Of a stretch of 52,705 bases of DNA, positions 23,603 through 35,989 are shown piece after piece (the stretch's first letter is position 1; each line of letters starts with the position of its first letter). The stretch covers positions 1-52,705 of the forward strand of contig NW_021833945.1 of NCBI RefSeq assembly GCF_006345805.1. The letters are read 5' to 3'. The notes beneath the pieces were generated by a model, which was not told the DNA's origin, did no database searches, and worked only from the letters and a program-made list of their open reading frames with translations. The position numbers and the translations under genes were made by a program. Origin of the DNA: Octopus sinensis (lineage: Eukaryota).

Positions 23603-25059
23603 TTAAGATAAATTGAGATTTTTTTTTCCTTCCAAACAAAACAGAAAAAAATGTTACTGACAATCTTCAGTTGGTCCAAGAAAGTTGATTTACTCAAAGT
23701 TCTTGATGTTAAGCAACTCAGAAGATAGTTCACAGTGAGCCTCATAAAAATATATGAAATTATAAGGTGCTTCACCTTGTGAACTGCATGGCACCTTGGA
23801 CGTGTGTCTACTTCTATAGCTACAGGATGGACATGCTTTTTTGAATGGATTTGGTAGATGGAAAACATGCGTGTGCATATGTGTGTGTGGGGGTGTCGAT
23901 TGTCTGTAGGTCAGAAAAAAGCCCACTCTAAAAGAAAATTTGATAATTATACTTTTATATTATGAAGTAATATATGCAATAACCAGAATATGCTATTTGA
24001 CAATGTGTGTGTGTGTGTATGTGAAAGGGAGAGAGAGCGTTTGTCCCCACCACACCTCGACAGCTGGTGTTGGTTTGTTTATGTCCCCTATAACTTAGTT
24101 ATAGCAAACTACACACACAAAGTACTGAGGTCGATTTGTTTCACTAAAGAAAACCCTCAAGACAGTACTCCAGCAAGGCCACAGTCCGAAGACTGAAACA
24201 AGACAATAGATCCTAATAGTGACATAGCCTTTACTTTTCTCAGAAGGGTTGCACCCCACGTAAAATTTCAGATACCTAAGTGCCCTACAACTTCGAAAAT
24301 ACAGTTTCTCTTCCATTATTCTACAGTAGGTGATTGACAGAATCAACAGAGTGTCGGACAAAATACTTTACAATCTGAGTTCAAATCCTGCTGAGGTCCA
24401 GTTTGTCTTCCATCCATTTGGGTTGTCAAATAAAGTGCCAGCCAAGTACTGGGGTCAATGGTATTCAGAAAAAGCAATCCTGAAAATTTCTGGTCCTTTA
24501 CTGAAAGAAGCCTGTCGTGTGTGTGTGTGTGTGTGTGTGTGTGTCCGTGTGTGTGTCCCCGTCCGTCCACCACCATCACTTGACAACTGATGTGTTTATG
24601 TCTGCAATAGATTAGCAGTTCAGCAAAAGACACCAATAGAATAAGTACCAGGTTTATAAAAACCAAGTCTTAGGGGTCAGTTTCTTCGACTAGAAGTTGG
24701 TGCTCCAGAATGGTCGCAGTCTAGTGATTGAAACTAGTTGAAGAATATAAACAATGTTGAGAAAATTGAGAAACTGCTAATAGTACATCTTCTACGGAGT
24801 TAATTAGACATTTCCCTGAATACTGTAGCCAATTATTTAAATAAATAAATAAATAAATAAATACACAATTGTGAGATAAATAAATAAATAAGATAAAAAA
24901 AATAAATACACAATTGTGACTAAATTGTACAACTTTTAAAATAGTAATTATTTTTTTAAATCCTTAAAAACAATTTCATTATATAGCTTTTGGGAAATTC
25001 CATGCAATTTTGAAAAGTAGGTTAGAGTAACCCATATTTTGAGAAAAAGTTGCATTTTT

Positions 25060-25210
25060 GCAGTTTTCTTTCCAGAGCAGTGTGGTCTTTCCTGCAGAGA
25101 ACAAGGCTGGAAGCCAGACAACTAAAGAAAGTCATCAAGGAAATGGACAAGGCAGCTGAAACAAGCTGAAGATTGCTGTAGTTCATAAGAGACCACAACT
25201 GGAACTCTTC
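25060..25210 (+). mobile_element. Possible HERO-like RLE retrotransposon C-terminal remnant
   Basis: FLSRAVWSFLQRTRLEARQLKKVIKEMDKAAETS resembles the ..VWRFL..AIKEL.EAAE.S.WLW ending of these elements. Confidence 0.45.
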
Positions 25211-25404
25211 CATTGCTGCTGTACTCAGGTGAAGCATGCAGGCTAACAGGTGAAATACCTGTAACCCTGAGATACCAGCTAACAATGCAGAAGGGTTTCC
25301 GACATTATAATAGATTTACTTGAGCTTGAAAAACATCCGAGTAGCTCCTGCAATTTCTGCATAGGGAAAAAAGCATCCTCGATGTTTACTTCACCTATGT
25401 CACA

Positions 25405-25757
25405 CACACGTTATATATATTTGGGAGGCGCTTGGATGGAACCTACACTCCCCTCCTTATGAGAGCTCAAAATCTCTCGTGGAAGTGTCATCCAACCAAA
25501 ATGCCAATATATGGGAAACTACCACCTGTGTCATCTCCTGTGAAAGGTAAGAGAGTCCAGTTTGCTGGACATTGTTGTAGAGCTGAAAACGAGGCAATTT
25601 CTACTCTTCTCCTTTGAAGGCCATCTGCTCGGGATACCAGAGGGCGCACACTCTCCTACCCTGATGTAATCTACAGGGATACAGGCAGCAGCAGGACCTC
25701 CGTAGTGCCATTAGCATGGGAAATTCCATTGTCTCGACCACGGTCGAACAATGATGA
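25405..25757 (+). mobile_element. RTE/RTEX-like LINE 3' end
   Basis: LDGTYTPLLMRAQNLSWKCHPTK...VQFAGHCCRAENE; (ATG)n tail; homologous to 33238-33660. Confidence 0.75.
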
Positions 25758-25954
25758 TTATATAATATATTATATATATATATATTATATATTATATATA
25801 TATATGTTATATATATATTATATATATATGTGTGTGTGTTTCAAATTTTGGCTCAAAGTCAGCCATTTTAGTGGGATGGAGTTAGTCTATCACATTTACC
25901 CTGGTACTTGACTGGTTCTTTTTTTTTTACGACCTCAAAAGTTTTAAAGGCAAC

Positions 25955-26366
25955 AACGTGATCGTTGCCAGAGCAGCTAACTGGCTTCCATGCCGGTGGC
26001 ATGTAAACAGCACCATTCGAGCGTGATCGTTACCAGTGTCGCTCCACTGGCACTTGTGCCGGTGGCACATGAAAAAGACATTCGAGCGAGGTCGTTGCCA
26101 GTGCCGCTGGACTGGCTCCTGTGTAGGTGGCACATAAAAAGCACCATTTGAGTGTGGCCGTTGCCAGTACTGCCTGACTGGCCCTCGTGCCGGTGACATG
26201 TAAAAGCACCCACTACACTCTCAGAGTGATTGGCATTAGGAAGGGCATCCAGGTGTAGGAACTCTGCCAAATCAAGATTGGAGCCTGGTGCAGCCATCTG
26301 GTTCGCCAGTCCTCGGTCAAATCGTCCAACCCATGCTAGCATGGAAAGCGGCTGTTAAACGATTAT
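25955..26366 (+). mobile_element. SINE-like family B
   Basis: About four internal units, core and tail. Confidence 0.8.
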
Positions 26367-26406
26367 GATATGATATGATAAAATATATATATATATATAT
26401 ATATAT

Positions 26407-27846
26407 ACTAGCAGAGATACCTGACGTTGCCCGTGTTACATGTAATTGAAGAATTAGACTTTTCTGTTATATTTTCTCCAATGAACTGGAATATCTAGGA
26501 TTCGAATTTAATGAAAATCACAAATGAGGGTTGTTTCCCTCTTTACACACCCCAAAAAAATTTCTAATCATGACACATGTATCCCATACTACTGATCTTT
26601 ATGTGCAGATTCCAAAATTCCAGTCATATGGAACGTGTTAAAAGGATTTTGCTCCTGAAAAATGGAGGTCATGGAGCTCTAAAATGTGGGAGTTAAGGTG
26701 CCTATTGGGGATGGGTGTCTTAATGTCAAGCAGAGAAGTTGGATTGTTGAGAATCTTTATAATTTGCGTCTTAATATGTATTGTTCGAATTTCTTTGAAA
26801 TAGGAAATATATGTTCACTGGGTTTGTAAAAGAGAGCAAAGCTACAGGAAACCAAAAGACGAATGATCACAATAAGCCGTCAGCTATCTTACCCTAGTCC
26901 TTACTACTCCCCAATGTAAGATTCCTCACCATACAGGTGACAGGCACAGCCGTAAGATCTATAGCAATTGGAAGGGCATGACCCAACTCAAACATTAACA
27001 ACTGTGTGACATGAGGGCTAAGGGGAAATGAAAAGGTCACCTCTGGAGTTTGCAAATAACCACTATACTGATACGTAACTGGACAGAATAAATTTACAAT
27101 CTATAAATGTCTCAATAACCAGTCACTCATCTGGGAAGGCCTTGAAATCAATGTTACCATAGGGGGACTATGTGTGACTCAGTGATAATAAAAAGACTCA
27201 AAGGAAGTCTGCAACCAAATAACTTTACTGAACACTTTGCAACTGAATCAGTGGAGGCAAAGATGCCTCTCATTTACTTGACAATTTATGCACCACATTG
27301 CAGAAATCACAATCTAAGTATTCATCAACAGCAAAAAAATATGTGAATTTTCATAGGGGTTATGGCTTATGCATAGAATATAATTTCCAAATTTCATAAG
27401 ATCCATTCTGTACTTTTGACCTAGTTTTGGATCATAAAAAAATGACTAAAATTTGAGAGTTAAGGCCCCCATTAGGGGGTCTTATAATCCTCATGAGAAG
27501 TGGAAACTTTGAGAATACTTCTTGATGTGTGTCAATTACGCATGGTTGAAATTTCATCAACATTGAAATTTTATAAATTTTCATGGGGGTTCTACCCCTT
27601 TAAGCCATCTCAAATTCAAGCCAAACATACTGCATTATACCTGCTCTTATGCATTAAATCTACGTTCCAAATATAAGGATCCATTCAGTAATTTTGGTCC
27701 ATGAAATTGTATGAAACATACAGCATTACCCTTTTCCTTAGGCTTGGATTTTGTGTTCCAAATTTCATTAGGATCGGTGCAGCAGTTTTCGAATGTATAA
27801 GTAACACACGAACACACATAAAGACATTGACTTTCATATAATAGAT
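26407..27846 (-). mobile_element. DINE-1/Helentron-like non-autonomous element, family B (about 1.4 kb)
   Basis: Left end aCTAGcagagatacctgacgttgcccg, right end acacacataaagacattgactttcatataatagat; no transposase ORF seen. Confidence 0.6.
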
Positions 27847-30540
27847 ATGAATATACATACATGTATGTGTGTGTGTGTATATGTATCACCAGTGTCCAAT
27901 TTGGCATGATTTCTATAGCTGGGCGCCCTTCCTAAAGCCAATGACTTTACAGGGTTAGTCAGGTGGGGAGGGAGATATCTGTCAGTGGCACCAGTAAAGC
28001 AACAAAGCAGCTTGCAAGTTTACAAAACCTGAGGATGCATGGGGGTGGGGGCCTTTTATGCTAGGTAGGAGATTAAGTTATGAGAGAAAGGGTTGGAAGT
28101 GGAGTAGGTTCTTGTAGTAGTGAAGCTATATGGTAATTCAACATCTCACATTTAGTCGATTATGATATAAACGCGCACACACACACACACTCGTGCTGCA
28201 TATGCAAACACATACAGACACACGGTGCATGTCAATGATAGGAAATTTTAAATACATGTTGGCAGCAAAATAAACTCATTAAGGAACTTCATGCATGTGT
28301 GTGCGTGCATGCATGTGTGTGTAAGTGTAATAGTTTGATCTATAGGAAGGGTCGATGCTTAATGTTTTCAGTGGTCTTCAAAGATCAGTGAGATCATAAC
28401 AGATAATGGTCCTCTTGGACAATATTTTTAGGATATAAAATATTCAAAGTCTGTTGAGTATTGAGTAAATATAGGGAACTTAACTGATGTAGTTTACTAG
28501 CAATACTTTTCCAACTCTGCACCCCCATGCTATGTGCACATGCATGCACATTTTGCAACCAGCATACAAGAAATAAATGCATGCACAACATGTTAGGTTT
28601 CTAAAATAATGCAGTAATTAATAATTATGCATATTCAATATGTACAAATCCTCGTTACAGGAAGAACATTTGCAACAAGATTTTTGCACAAAATTACTAA
28701 AAATTTAAAAAGTGCATCGTAAACTAGACATGCATTAAATATTGGTTAATCTACACGCACACACAAAAACTAAGATTCTACATCATTTCAAGCAATTATT
28801 CAATTAAGTACGTACACACACACACACAAGCAGCCTATTGTGAATGAGATGTGATTTCTCATTACTAAAAAGGAAGTAATAGGAAGATGGGGAAAGGATA
28901 AATGGTTTGATAGTTCGTAGTTTTAAATAGAGATAAAGATCCACAAAACATCAGATATATATCTTTTAAAAACTTTATTAAAAAAAAATTAAACAATTAA
29001 TTTATAATTAAGCTATGCTTGTTCAAGTAAAACAATTTTTATATGGCCATCATCATCATCAAATTCATCATTTTGATTTGTTGGTATGAGTTGGATAGGT
29101 CTGCTTGTATGGATCATCAATCACTATTTATCACAGTTCATGGTTTTCACGTATGTAAAGCTCAGCATCCCAAGATCTGTCCTCATCACATCTTCCCATG
29201 TCTTTTTTTCCCCCCAACAAGTTTTTCTCTATAAACACACAACACTTTTTTTCTCCAAGTACTCGTACATGTCCATATCAATCCCTATATTCAGTGATAC
29301 TTTAATACCCAGCCATACTACCACTTCATTCATATTCCAACTTACATGTATAATTATTTAACTCAATGTACATTCAGTCTCCACAAATTAAATTTGTAAT
29401 GTTTGAGTCTCACTACAATACACACATCTTAACATTTCCTACATTTTATAGTGTCTTTCTCATGGTGAAAAAGATAGAGAAAGAAATCTTTTATTATTAA
29501 ATTATAAATGTGGAGGTATATAAAAGATGTGAGAAAGAAAAAGGCCAATATAAATCAGATCTCAAACTGACAGCCACAAATGAGAGTTACAAGAAGGACC
29601 AATATCCTTAAAATACACCCAACTATGCATCCATCCTCTTCCTACTCCTAAAATTCCTCATTCCTAGAATCTATACTGGGACATCTTGCTCATTCTTTCC
29701 CCTCTCCAAAACTGCAGCTATCCTTAAACTTGAGGAATTCTCTCCTGAACATTGAGCATATTATTTACCTCTACCTGGCTGTCTAGTAATATCTCTCTGG
29801 TAATATCTGAAAATGCTACAGGTAAGGCACTTTTACCACCAACTTTACCACCAACTAAATTTCAAAACAAAACTCTGGAAGCATAAATAGTTTAATATTT
29901 AACTGAATGAGGAGCAATACTCAAAGCCTCCAAGACTGGTGAGTTGGATGTGGCGTTTGTTCAGTTGTAATTTAATTCTTGCAACTGACTGTACAAAGGC
30001 ATTTTTATGTTTTTAAGGGACACTTTCATTTGACCATATCAAACAGAATAACTCAGTGAGGTATTTGGTCATATAGATCCTCTCAGTACCTGAGTAATTC
30101 ACTTGAGAGACCAACATCAAGTTCCTTGCTTGATTATTGGTTGGTTGGTTGCTTGGTTATGGAAAAATTGTTCAAGAATATGGCAGTTGTAGAGAAAGGA
30201 TGGAAAGAAGAGTGAAAAGAAGGAAGCATTAAGGGTGCAATATTTGGTGCGGAATCTACAGGAGGTAGACCTTTGTTGTTGAGAGGTAAAAAAAAAAAAA
30301 AAAAAATGAGGTGACACAGTAGCAGAGAGTGACAGAAGAGAAATATTGCAAACCTAGCCAACTTTTGCCAGCCTGGAAGAATAAATAGACGATGATGACG
30401 ATGACAATGATGAGGTATGACAGCGATGATGTCAATGAAGATGAAGTGGATATTAAAAAGTGATAAGAATAAAAGCAGCGCAGGAGAGACAGAGTAAGTG
30501 TATATGTGTGAGACAGAGAGAGAGAGAAAGGAGTGTTTAC

Positions 30541-30765
30541 CTAATAGCATTAGGAATGTTTGGTTTAGGACACTCAACCCTCTCAATAATCTCCTTGCTG
30601 ACCGGTTCGTCCATAGTGGTTTGAAGTGTAGTTTTACTCAGTCTTTTACGATAATGTTCAGAGAATTTCTCTGTTGGTTGGAAACAGAAAGACACTGTAA
30701 TGTCTCCGTGGCACAGCTGAGGTTCAAAACCAGGATGTGAGGCAAGCATTGAGCATCGGGTACGG
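30541..30765 (-). CDS. PDZD8: PDZD8 exon, end of C2 and linker (RTRCSMLASHPGFEPQLCHGDITVSF...PNAIR)
   Basis: Acceptor ttgttttccag, donor AG|gtaaac, 225 nt, phase 2-2. GF...C.GDIT motif; lies within supplied ORF 30537..30809. Confidence 0.92.
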
Positions 30766-30854
30766 CTGGAAAACAAAAAAAGTAAAAAGATAAATACTAA
30801 AATTAACAACTCCTTTCTTTACTAGCTTGCTTTGAGTATACTGACCACACATAC

Positions 30855-31089
30855 TTATTTCTTTACTACCCACAAGGGGCTAAACACAGGGAGGGCAAAC
30901 AAGGACAGACAAACGGATTAAGTCGATTATATCGACCCCAGTGTGTAACTGGTACTTATTTAACCGACCCCGAAAGGATGAAAGGCAAAGTCGACCTCGG
31001 CGAAATTTGAACTCGGAACGTAGCGGCAGGTGAAATGCGGCTATATATTTCGCCTGGCGTGTTAACATTTCTGCCAGCTTGCCGCCTTT
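30855..31089 (-). mobile_element. SINE family A
   Basis: Full length; flanks ctgac(c)acacatact. Confidence 0.85.
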
Positions 31090-31114
31090 TGCTGACACAT
31101 ACTACACACACACA

Positions 31115-31425
31115 CTTATAGGTTTATTTCAGTCATCGGACTGTGGCCATGCTGGGATACTGCTTTGGAGGGCTAAACAAATTGTCTCCAGGACATAAGT
31201 CTGACATCTATCATACTCTTTTGCCAAACTGCTAAGTTACCCTAAACAAACCAGCAACAGTTGTCAAGCAGTGGTGGGACAAGCACAAACACACAATAGG
31301 ATTCTTTCAGTTTCTGTCTACCAAATCCACTCACAAGGATTGGGTTGACCATGGGCTATAGCATAAGATACTTGCCCAAGATGTCATTTGGTTGGGAAGC
31401 AAATTTCTTACCACACAGTCACACC
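31115..31425 (-). mobile_element. SINE family C, decayed
   Basis: Family C reverse complement. Confidence 0.68.
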
Positions 31426-31602
31426 TATCTCTCTCTCATATATATATAAATAAATAAATATATATATATGAATTCAGCAAAATTTAGATTCAGATGAATA
31501 TGGTACTTAAGTCAAAGGCACCAGAATTTTGTATGGCATTATCCATATAAATCAAATGGGGTGATTATAATCAAAATAAGTAACATGTATATCCGAGGTA
31601 GA

Positions 31603-31686
31603 CTAGTACAATTGTTTCATGCTACTTCGTTTTATTAAACACTAAGTATTACATCAGTTTTAAAATGTCGAGCAATCTTCAGCCAC
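31603..31686 (-). ncRNA. Minimal type I hammerhead ribozyme motif (mirror copy, sense to the PDZD8 pre-mRNA)
   Basis: Minus strand reads gtgg CTGAAGA ttgct...agcat GAAAC AATT GTA cta; core intact. Confidence 0.68.
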
Positions 31687-31734
31687 TTATAGAATTTTCC
31701 AATCAAATGGACAATGCATGGGGAAATTCTATAA

Positions 31735-31820
31735 GTGGCTGAAGACTGCTTGACATTTTAAAACTGATGTAATACTTAGAGTGTTTAATAAAATGAAGTA
31801 GCATGAAACAATTGTACTAC
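31735..31820 (+). ncRNA. Minimal type I hammerhead ribozyme motif
   Basis: gtgg CTGAAGA ctgct...agcat GAAAC AATT GTA ctac: stem I 4 bp, stem II tgct/agca, palindromic stem III ACAATTGT, GUA triplet. Confidence 0.7.
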
Positions 31821-32205
31821 TCTACTTCAGATATACTTGTTGCTTATTTTGATTATATATATGAGTCATGTTTTAAACAGACACGACTCCTAGAACAACT
31901 ACACATTAAAAATTAGTAAGACCATAACACCCATGTAATTCTTAAGTCCACCTTTTTCTTTAAGTTCCTAGTTTTTCTTATTCTGCTACTGATAAGTACT
32001 CTTTGACAACTCTGATTCTTAAAAATGAATTTATTGTCTTTCTGTACAAAATGATCATTTAGCGAATTGAATAAGTATTTTATCCCTATTAACATCTAAT
32101 CTCCTCCATTTATGAAAAATATGATAGAATTTGTCAAACTTTGTTCTATAACTTAAGTTGTATACTTAACATACTAATATACTCATATATATATATATAT
32201 ATATG

Positions 32206-32240
<35 letters not shown>

Positions 32241-32616
32241 TTGAATATGGCAGATGTCTACCAGCCCTCAAAAACTCCTATGCTATTTGTTGCTGGCTAC
32301 TGTATGTTATTTTGAACATGTTGAGTTAATTGTATAAGATCATTATGTATGCAGTACTCCATGTAGTGTAGAATAAATAATATACATGTAATGCTGAAAC
32401 ACATGTAGTACTGCATTAATAAAAATATAAAAATCTCCATTCACAAAATATTTGTCTTTATAGACATACACACACACATCCTTGAGTAGATAGACTAATA
32501 CTTCATAAACTCTCCATGTTTCTATAGTTCCTGATGGTCATATGATCTATGAGCACAATAGAAATAAAATGAAACAGAAACTATGGTGACATACTTCCGT
32601 ATAAAAGACATACAAC

Positions 32617-32648
<32 letters not shown>

Positions 32649-32654
32649 CAATAC

Positions 32655-33035
32655 TCTTTACTCTTTTACTTGTTTCAGTCACTTGACTGTGGCCATGCTG
32701 GAGCACCACCTTTAGTCGAACAAATCGACCCCAGGACTTATTCCTTGTAAGCCTAGTACTTATTCTATTAGTCTCTTTTGGTGAACCGCTAAGTTACGGG
32801 GACGAAAACACACCAGCATCGGTTGTCAAGCGATGTTGGAGTGACAAACACAAACACACACACACACACACATGATGGGCTTCTTTCAGTTTCCGTCTAC
32901 CAAATCCACTCTCAAGGCTTTGGTCGGCCCAAGGCTATAGTAGAAGACACTAGCCCAAGCTGCCACGCAGTGGGACTGAACCCAGAACCATGTGGTTGGT
33001 AAGCAAGCTACTTACCACACAGCCACTCCTACACC
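32655..33035 (-). mobile_element. SINE family C
   Basis: Full-length reverse complement with tail tactcttttactcttttact on the plus strand. Confidence 0.82.
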
Positions 33036-33237
33036 TATATTTATATTCACTTTATTTATAAAGGTTTCAATATAATGATAAAAGAAGGTTCCACAGAAAG
33101 CAGCAGCAAGTTTTTATAAAGGGAATATCTACCATTCTTCACTAAACCTATGCAAATATGCATAAGCATTCTGCAACTATCATGCAAGAAATTAAACATA
33201 CATAAAATCTTAGTTGTCTTCTATAAGTTCAAAATGC

Positions 33238-33660
33238 ATCATCATCATCATCATTGTTCGATCGTGGTTGAGACAATGGAATTTACTATGTTATGCCAGA
33301 CCTCACGGTCCATCATGGCATTACAGAGGTCCTGTTGCTGGATGCCTGTATCCCTGGAGATTACATCAGGGTAGGAGAGTGTGCGCCCTCTGGTATCACA
33401 AGCAGACGGCTTCCAGAGGAGAAGGGTAGAAATTACCTCGTTTTCTGCTCTACAACAATGTCCAGCAAACTAGACTCTTCTACCTTTCACGAGAGATGAT
33501 ACAGGTGGTAATTTCCTATATATTTGTACTTTGGTTGGATGACACTTCCATGAGAAATTTTGAGCTTTCATAAGGAGGTGGGTGTAAGTTCCGTCCAACT
33601 GCCTCTCAAGCTTCTTTGATAACGTCCAGGTTTCTGAGCCATATAGTAGAATTGGTTTGA
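33238..33660 (-). mobile_element. RTE/RTEX-like LINE 3' end, same family
   Basis: Reverse complement of 25405-25757 extending further 5'; (CAT)n tail at 33238. Confidence 0.75.
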
Positions 33661-33889
33661 CTATATACTTTTGTCACAGAAAAAAAATGGAGGGAATTGA
33701 ATGCTAAAAATTAAAAAAAGGAATACGGGTCCCCATCTTCATCCTTAGAATACTTTCATAGAACTCACCTCTTCATACATGTATGGTGAAAAAGTGAAAA
33801 AGGAAAAAGAGGATAAATGAGAGAAAAAGGAGATATGAGAGGATGAAAAAGACAGAGTGAGCGACAGAAAGAGAAAGACTGTTCTTTAA

Positions 33890-34110
33890 CCCTTTCGTTA
33901 CCAACCCGGCTGAAACCGGCTCTGGCTCTTTAGTACAAATATCTTGTTTTCATAAGTTTTGAATTAAAATCTTCCACCAAATCTTGGTTAAAATTCATGT
34001 TCCTGACACTAACTGAATGATAACTAAGTTATTTTACTAAAGTCTTTGTTATACTTAAAATAATTGAAAGAAACACAGAGCATCTCAAAATAAATGCAGT
34101 AACGGAAGGG
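33890..34110. mobile_element. piggyBac-type MITE
   Basis: TTAA|CCCTTTCGTTAC ... GTAACGGAAGGG|TTAA: TIRs plus TTAA duplication. Confidence 0.85.
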
Positions 34111-34123
34111 TTAAAATACATAC

Positions 34124-34230
34124 ATAGCTCCAGGTTTAGGCTCAGCAGGTATCAGGGGTCTTGTCTTCTGTGTATCTCCTTGAACAGTCGTTAAGCAATC
34201 CAATGCAATTTCACTAAGAAGAAAACTTAC
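34124..34230 (-). CDS. PDZD8: PDZD8 exon, C2 domain (VSFLLSEIALDCLTT...PAEPKPGA)
   Basis: Acceptor ttttctcatttag, donor AT|gtatgt, 107 nt. Resembles PDZD8 VSLKLEDVALGCL. Confidence 0.92.
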
Positions 34231-34254
34231 CTAAATGAGAAAAAAAAAAACCCC

Positions 34255-34400
34255 CAAATAAAGTGTGTTAAATTATAAGGCACAAAAAGAAAATGACTCT
34301 CCCCAGACATAACAGAATATGCTTCAACACACGAACTCATATAAAGAATCTTGCAAACCAAATTCAAAAACGAAAAATAAATTTTAGTTTCTTCATTAAT
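34255..34400. mobile_element. Fragment of family H3 (arm end plus tail)
   Basis: taaggcacaaaaagaaaatgactctccccag...gcttcaacacacgaactcatataaagaatcttgcaaaccaaat is nearly identical to 6360-6455. Confidence 0.7.
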
Positions 34401-34694
34401 TATGAAAAATTTTGAAAAGAAAGAGGGGACTAAATTCATAGTTTTTGGCAGCTTCTATATTGAAAAAGATTTATGTAATGTTATATTAATACGCAATGTA
34501 GTGTGTGTGTGTGTGTGTGTGTGTGTGCATGTATAAGCATGTGCACTGATTTAATAAGCTGTCAGGTGAAACTAAATCCCAAACCATAAATAATTTTCAA
34601 GAGTGATTTTCATGTCACTTCATTTTGCTCTGCCCACTGCATTCACTTGTATGGTGACCCCACTGATCTGAGTCACTTTGCAAGAGTAATAACA

Positions 34695-35010
34695 TCATCA
34701 TCATTTAACGTCCGCTTTCCATGCTAGCATGGGTTGGACGATTTTGACTGAGGGCTGGTGAACCAGATGGCTGCACCAGGCTCCAATCTTGATCTGGCAG
34801 AGTTTCTACAGCTTGATGCCCTTCCTAACGCCAACCACTCCATGAGTGTAGTGGGTGCTTTTTATGTGCCACTGGCACGCGGCCAGTCATGCGGTACTGG
34901 CAATGACCTCCCTCAAATCCGTTTACATGAGCCACCAGCACAGGTGCCAGTAAAGCGATGTTGGTAACAATCACGCTCGAACGGTGCCCTTTTACGTGCC
35001 ACAGGTACGG
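34695..35010 (-). mobile_element. SINE-like family B
   Basis: (CAT)n start on the plus strand, core and internal units. Confidence 0.78.
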
Positions 35011-35710
35011 AAGCCATAGAGAAATCTGGTTTTTATGTTATATGATAATGGGTTAATGTAAAAGAGATGAGGCTAGAACAGAACATGTTTCTTTCTGCAG
35101 AGAGGCCCTATGACAGAGTGGGGAAGAGAAAAAAATGCTGGTGATGAGGTACAACTGGATGGGTACCCATGGAAGGGAGTGGAGTGGAAGTAAATGGAGG
35201 CAAAACTGAGAGTGAGATATGAGAAATTAGTGAAACAGGTGTGAATATGAATGAAAAACGAGTGTTGAATGAATGATAAGTAGGGGAGAGTAGGTGATAT
35301 TTGTTGAAGCTGTCTACTTTTCCCAACTTTTCATAAATTATTTAGAAAAATACATTATTCAAGAAATTATAATTTGATCAGTTAAAATAAATATACAGGT
35401 GTTGAAGCAAAACCTGGAACTGAAGGGTCTTAAGGTTAATATAGCAAAGACTAAGCTTCTAGTAAGTAAGAAAACTGACTGGACCCTACCCCACTCAAGT
35501 AGGTGACCCTGTTTAATTTGTAGGAAAGGTGTAGACAGGAACTCCTTATAGTGTACCCAGTGTAAGCTATGAACACACAAGAAGTGCAGTGGGTTAGTTA
35601 GAAGGCTATCAGAGGAGACAGTTTTCATATGTGAAAGTTGCACAAGATGAATAAAAAAACTTTAGAGACTTGGGAAATTGATTCTCTCAAATGCCCTGGT
35701 GGTTCATTAA

Positions 35711-35931
35711 CCCTTTAGCATTTAAACCGGCCATATCCGGCCAAAAGTATTCTGCTTGTTTTATGTTCAAACTGGCCAGATTTGGTCTCTTACACCAACC
35801 CTACAATATCATTTTAAAAATTAACGGTTACCTCATCAAATTCTCATAGCTACAAGGTAATGCACAATTAGTTTAAAAAAATGTGGATGAAGAAACATTA
35901 ATTTTGGTAGAATAATGCAAACACTAAAGGG
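35711..35931. mobile_element. piggyBac-type MITE
   Basis: TTAA|CCCTTTAG ... CTAAAGGG|TTAA. Confidence 0.85.
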
Positions 35932-35989
35932 TTAAAGGTAGCAGATCATTTCTGCGACTTAGGGAACCAAATTAGTAGTGGGGAGGGTG

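Larger units (their letters stand above)
31480..31856. mobile_element. Fold-back element family H1, second copy, opposite orientation
   Basis: Tail 31480-31562 matches the reverse complement of 1884-1965. Arms about 31563-31700 and 31722-31856. (TA)n flanks. Confidence 0.8.

Noticed and set aside
25955-26220. CRISPR-like regularly spaced repeats
   Set aside because: Units are diverged tandem subrepeats of a SINE without unique spacers, in eukaryotic intron context with no cas genes.
29765-29806. Small AG/GT-bounded segment (DITREILLDSQVE)
   Set aside because: Phases do not fit the 2-2 intron and there is no similarity to PDZD8.
30134-30586. 150 aa minus-strand ORF next to a real exon
   Set aside because: Low-complexity intronic sequence in which only the neighbouring 30541-30765 exon frame is PDZD8-like.
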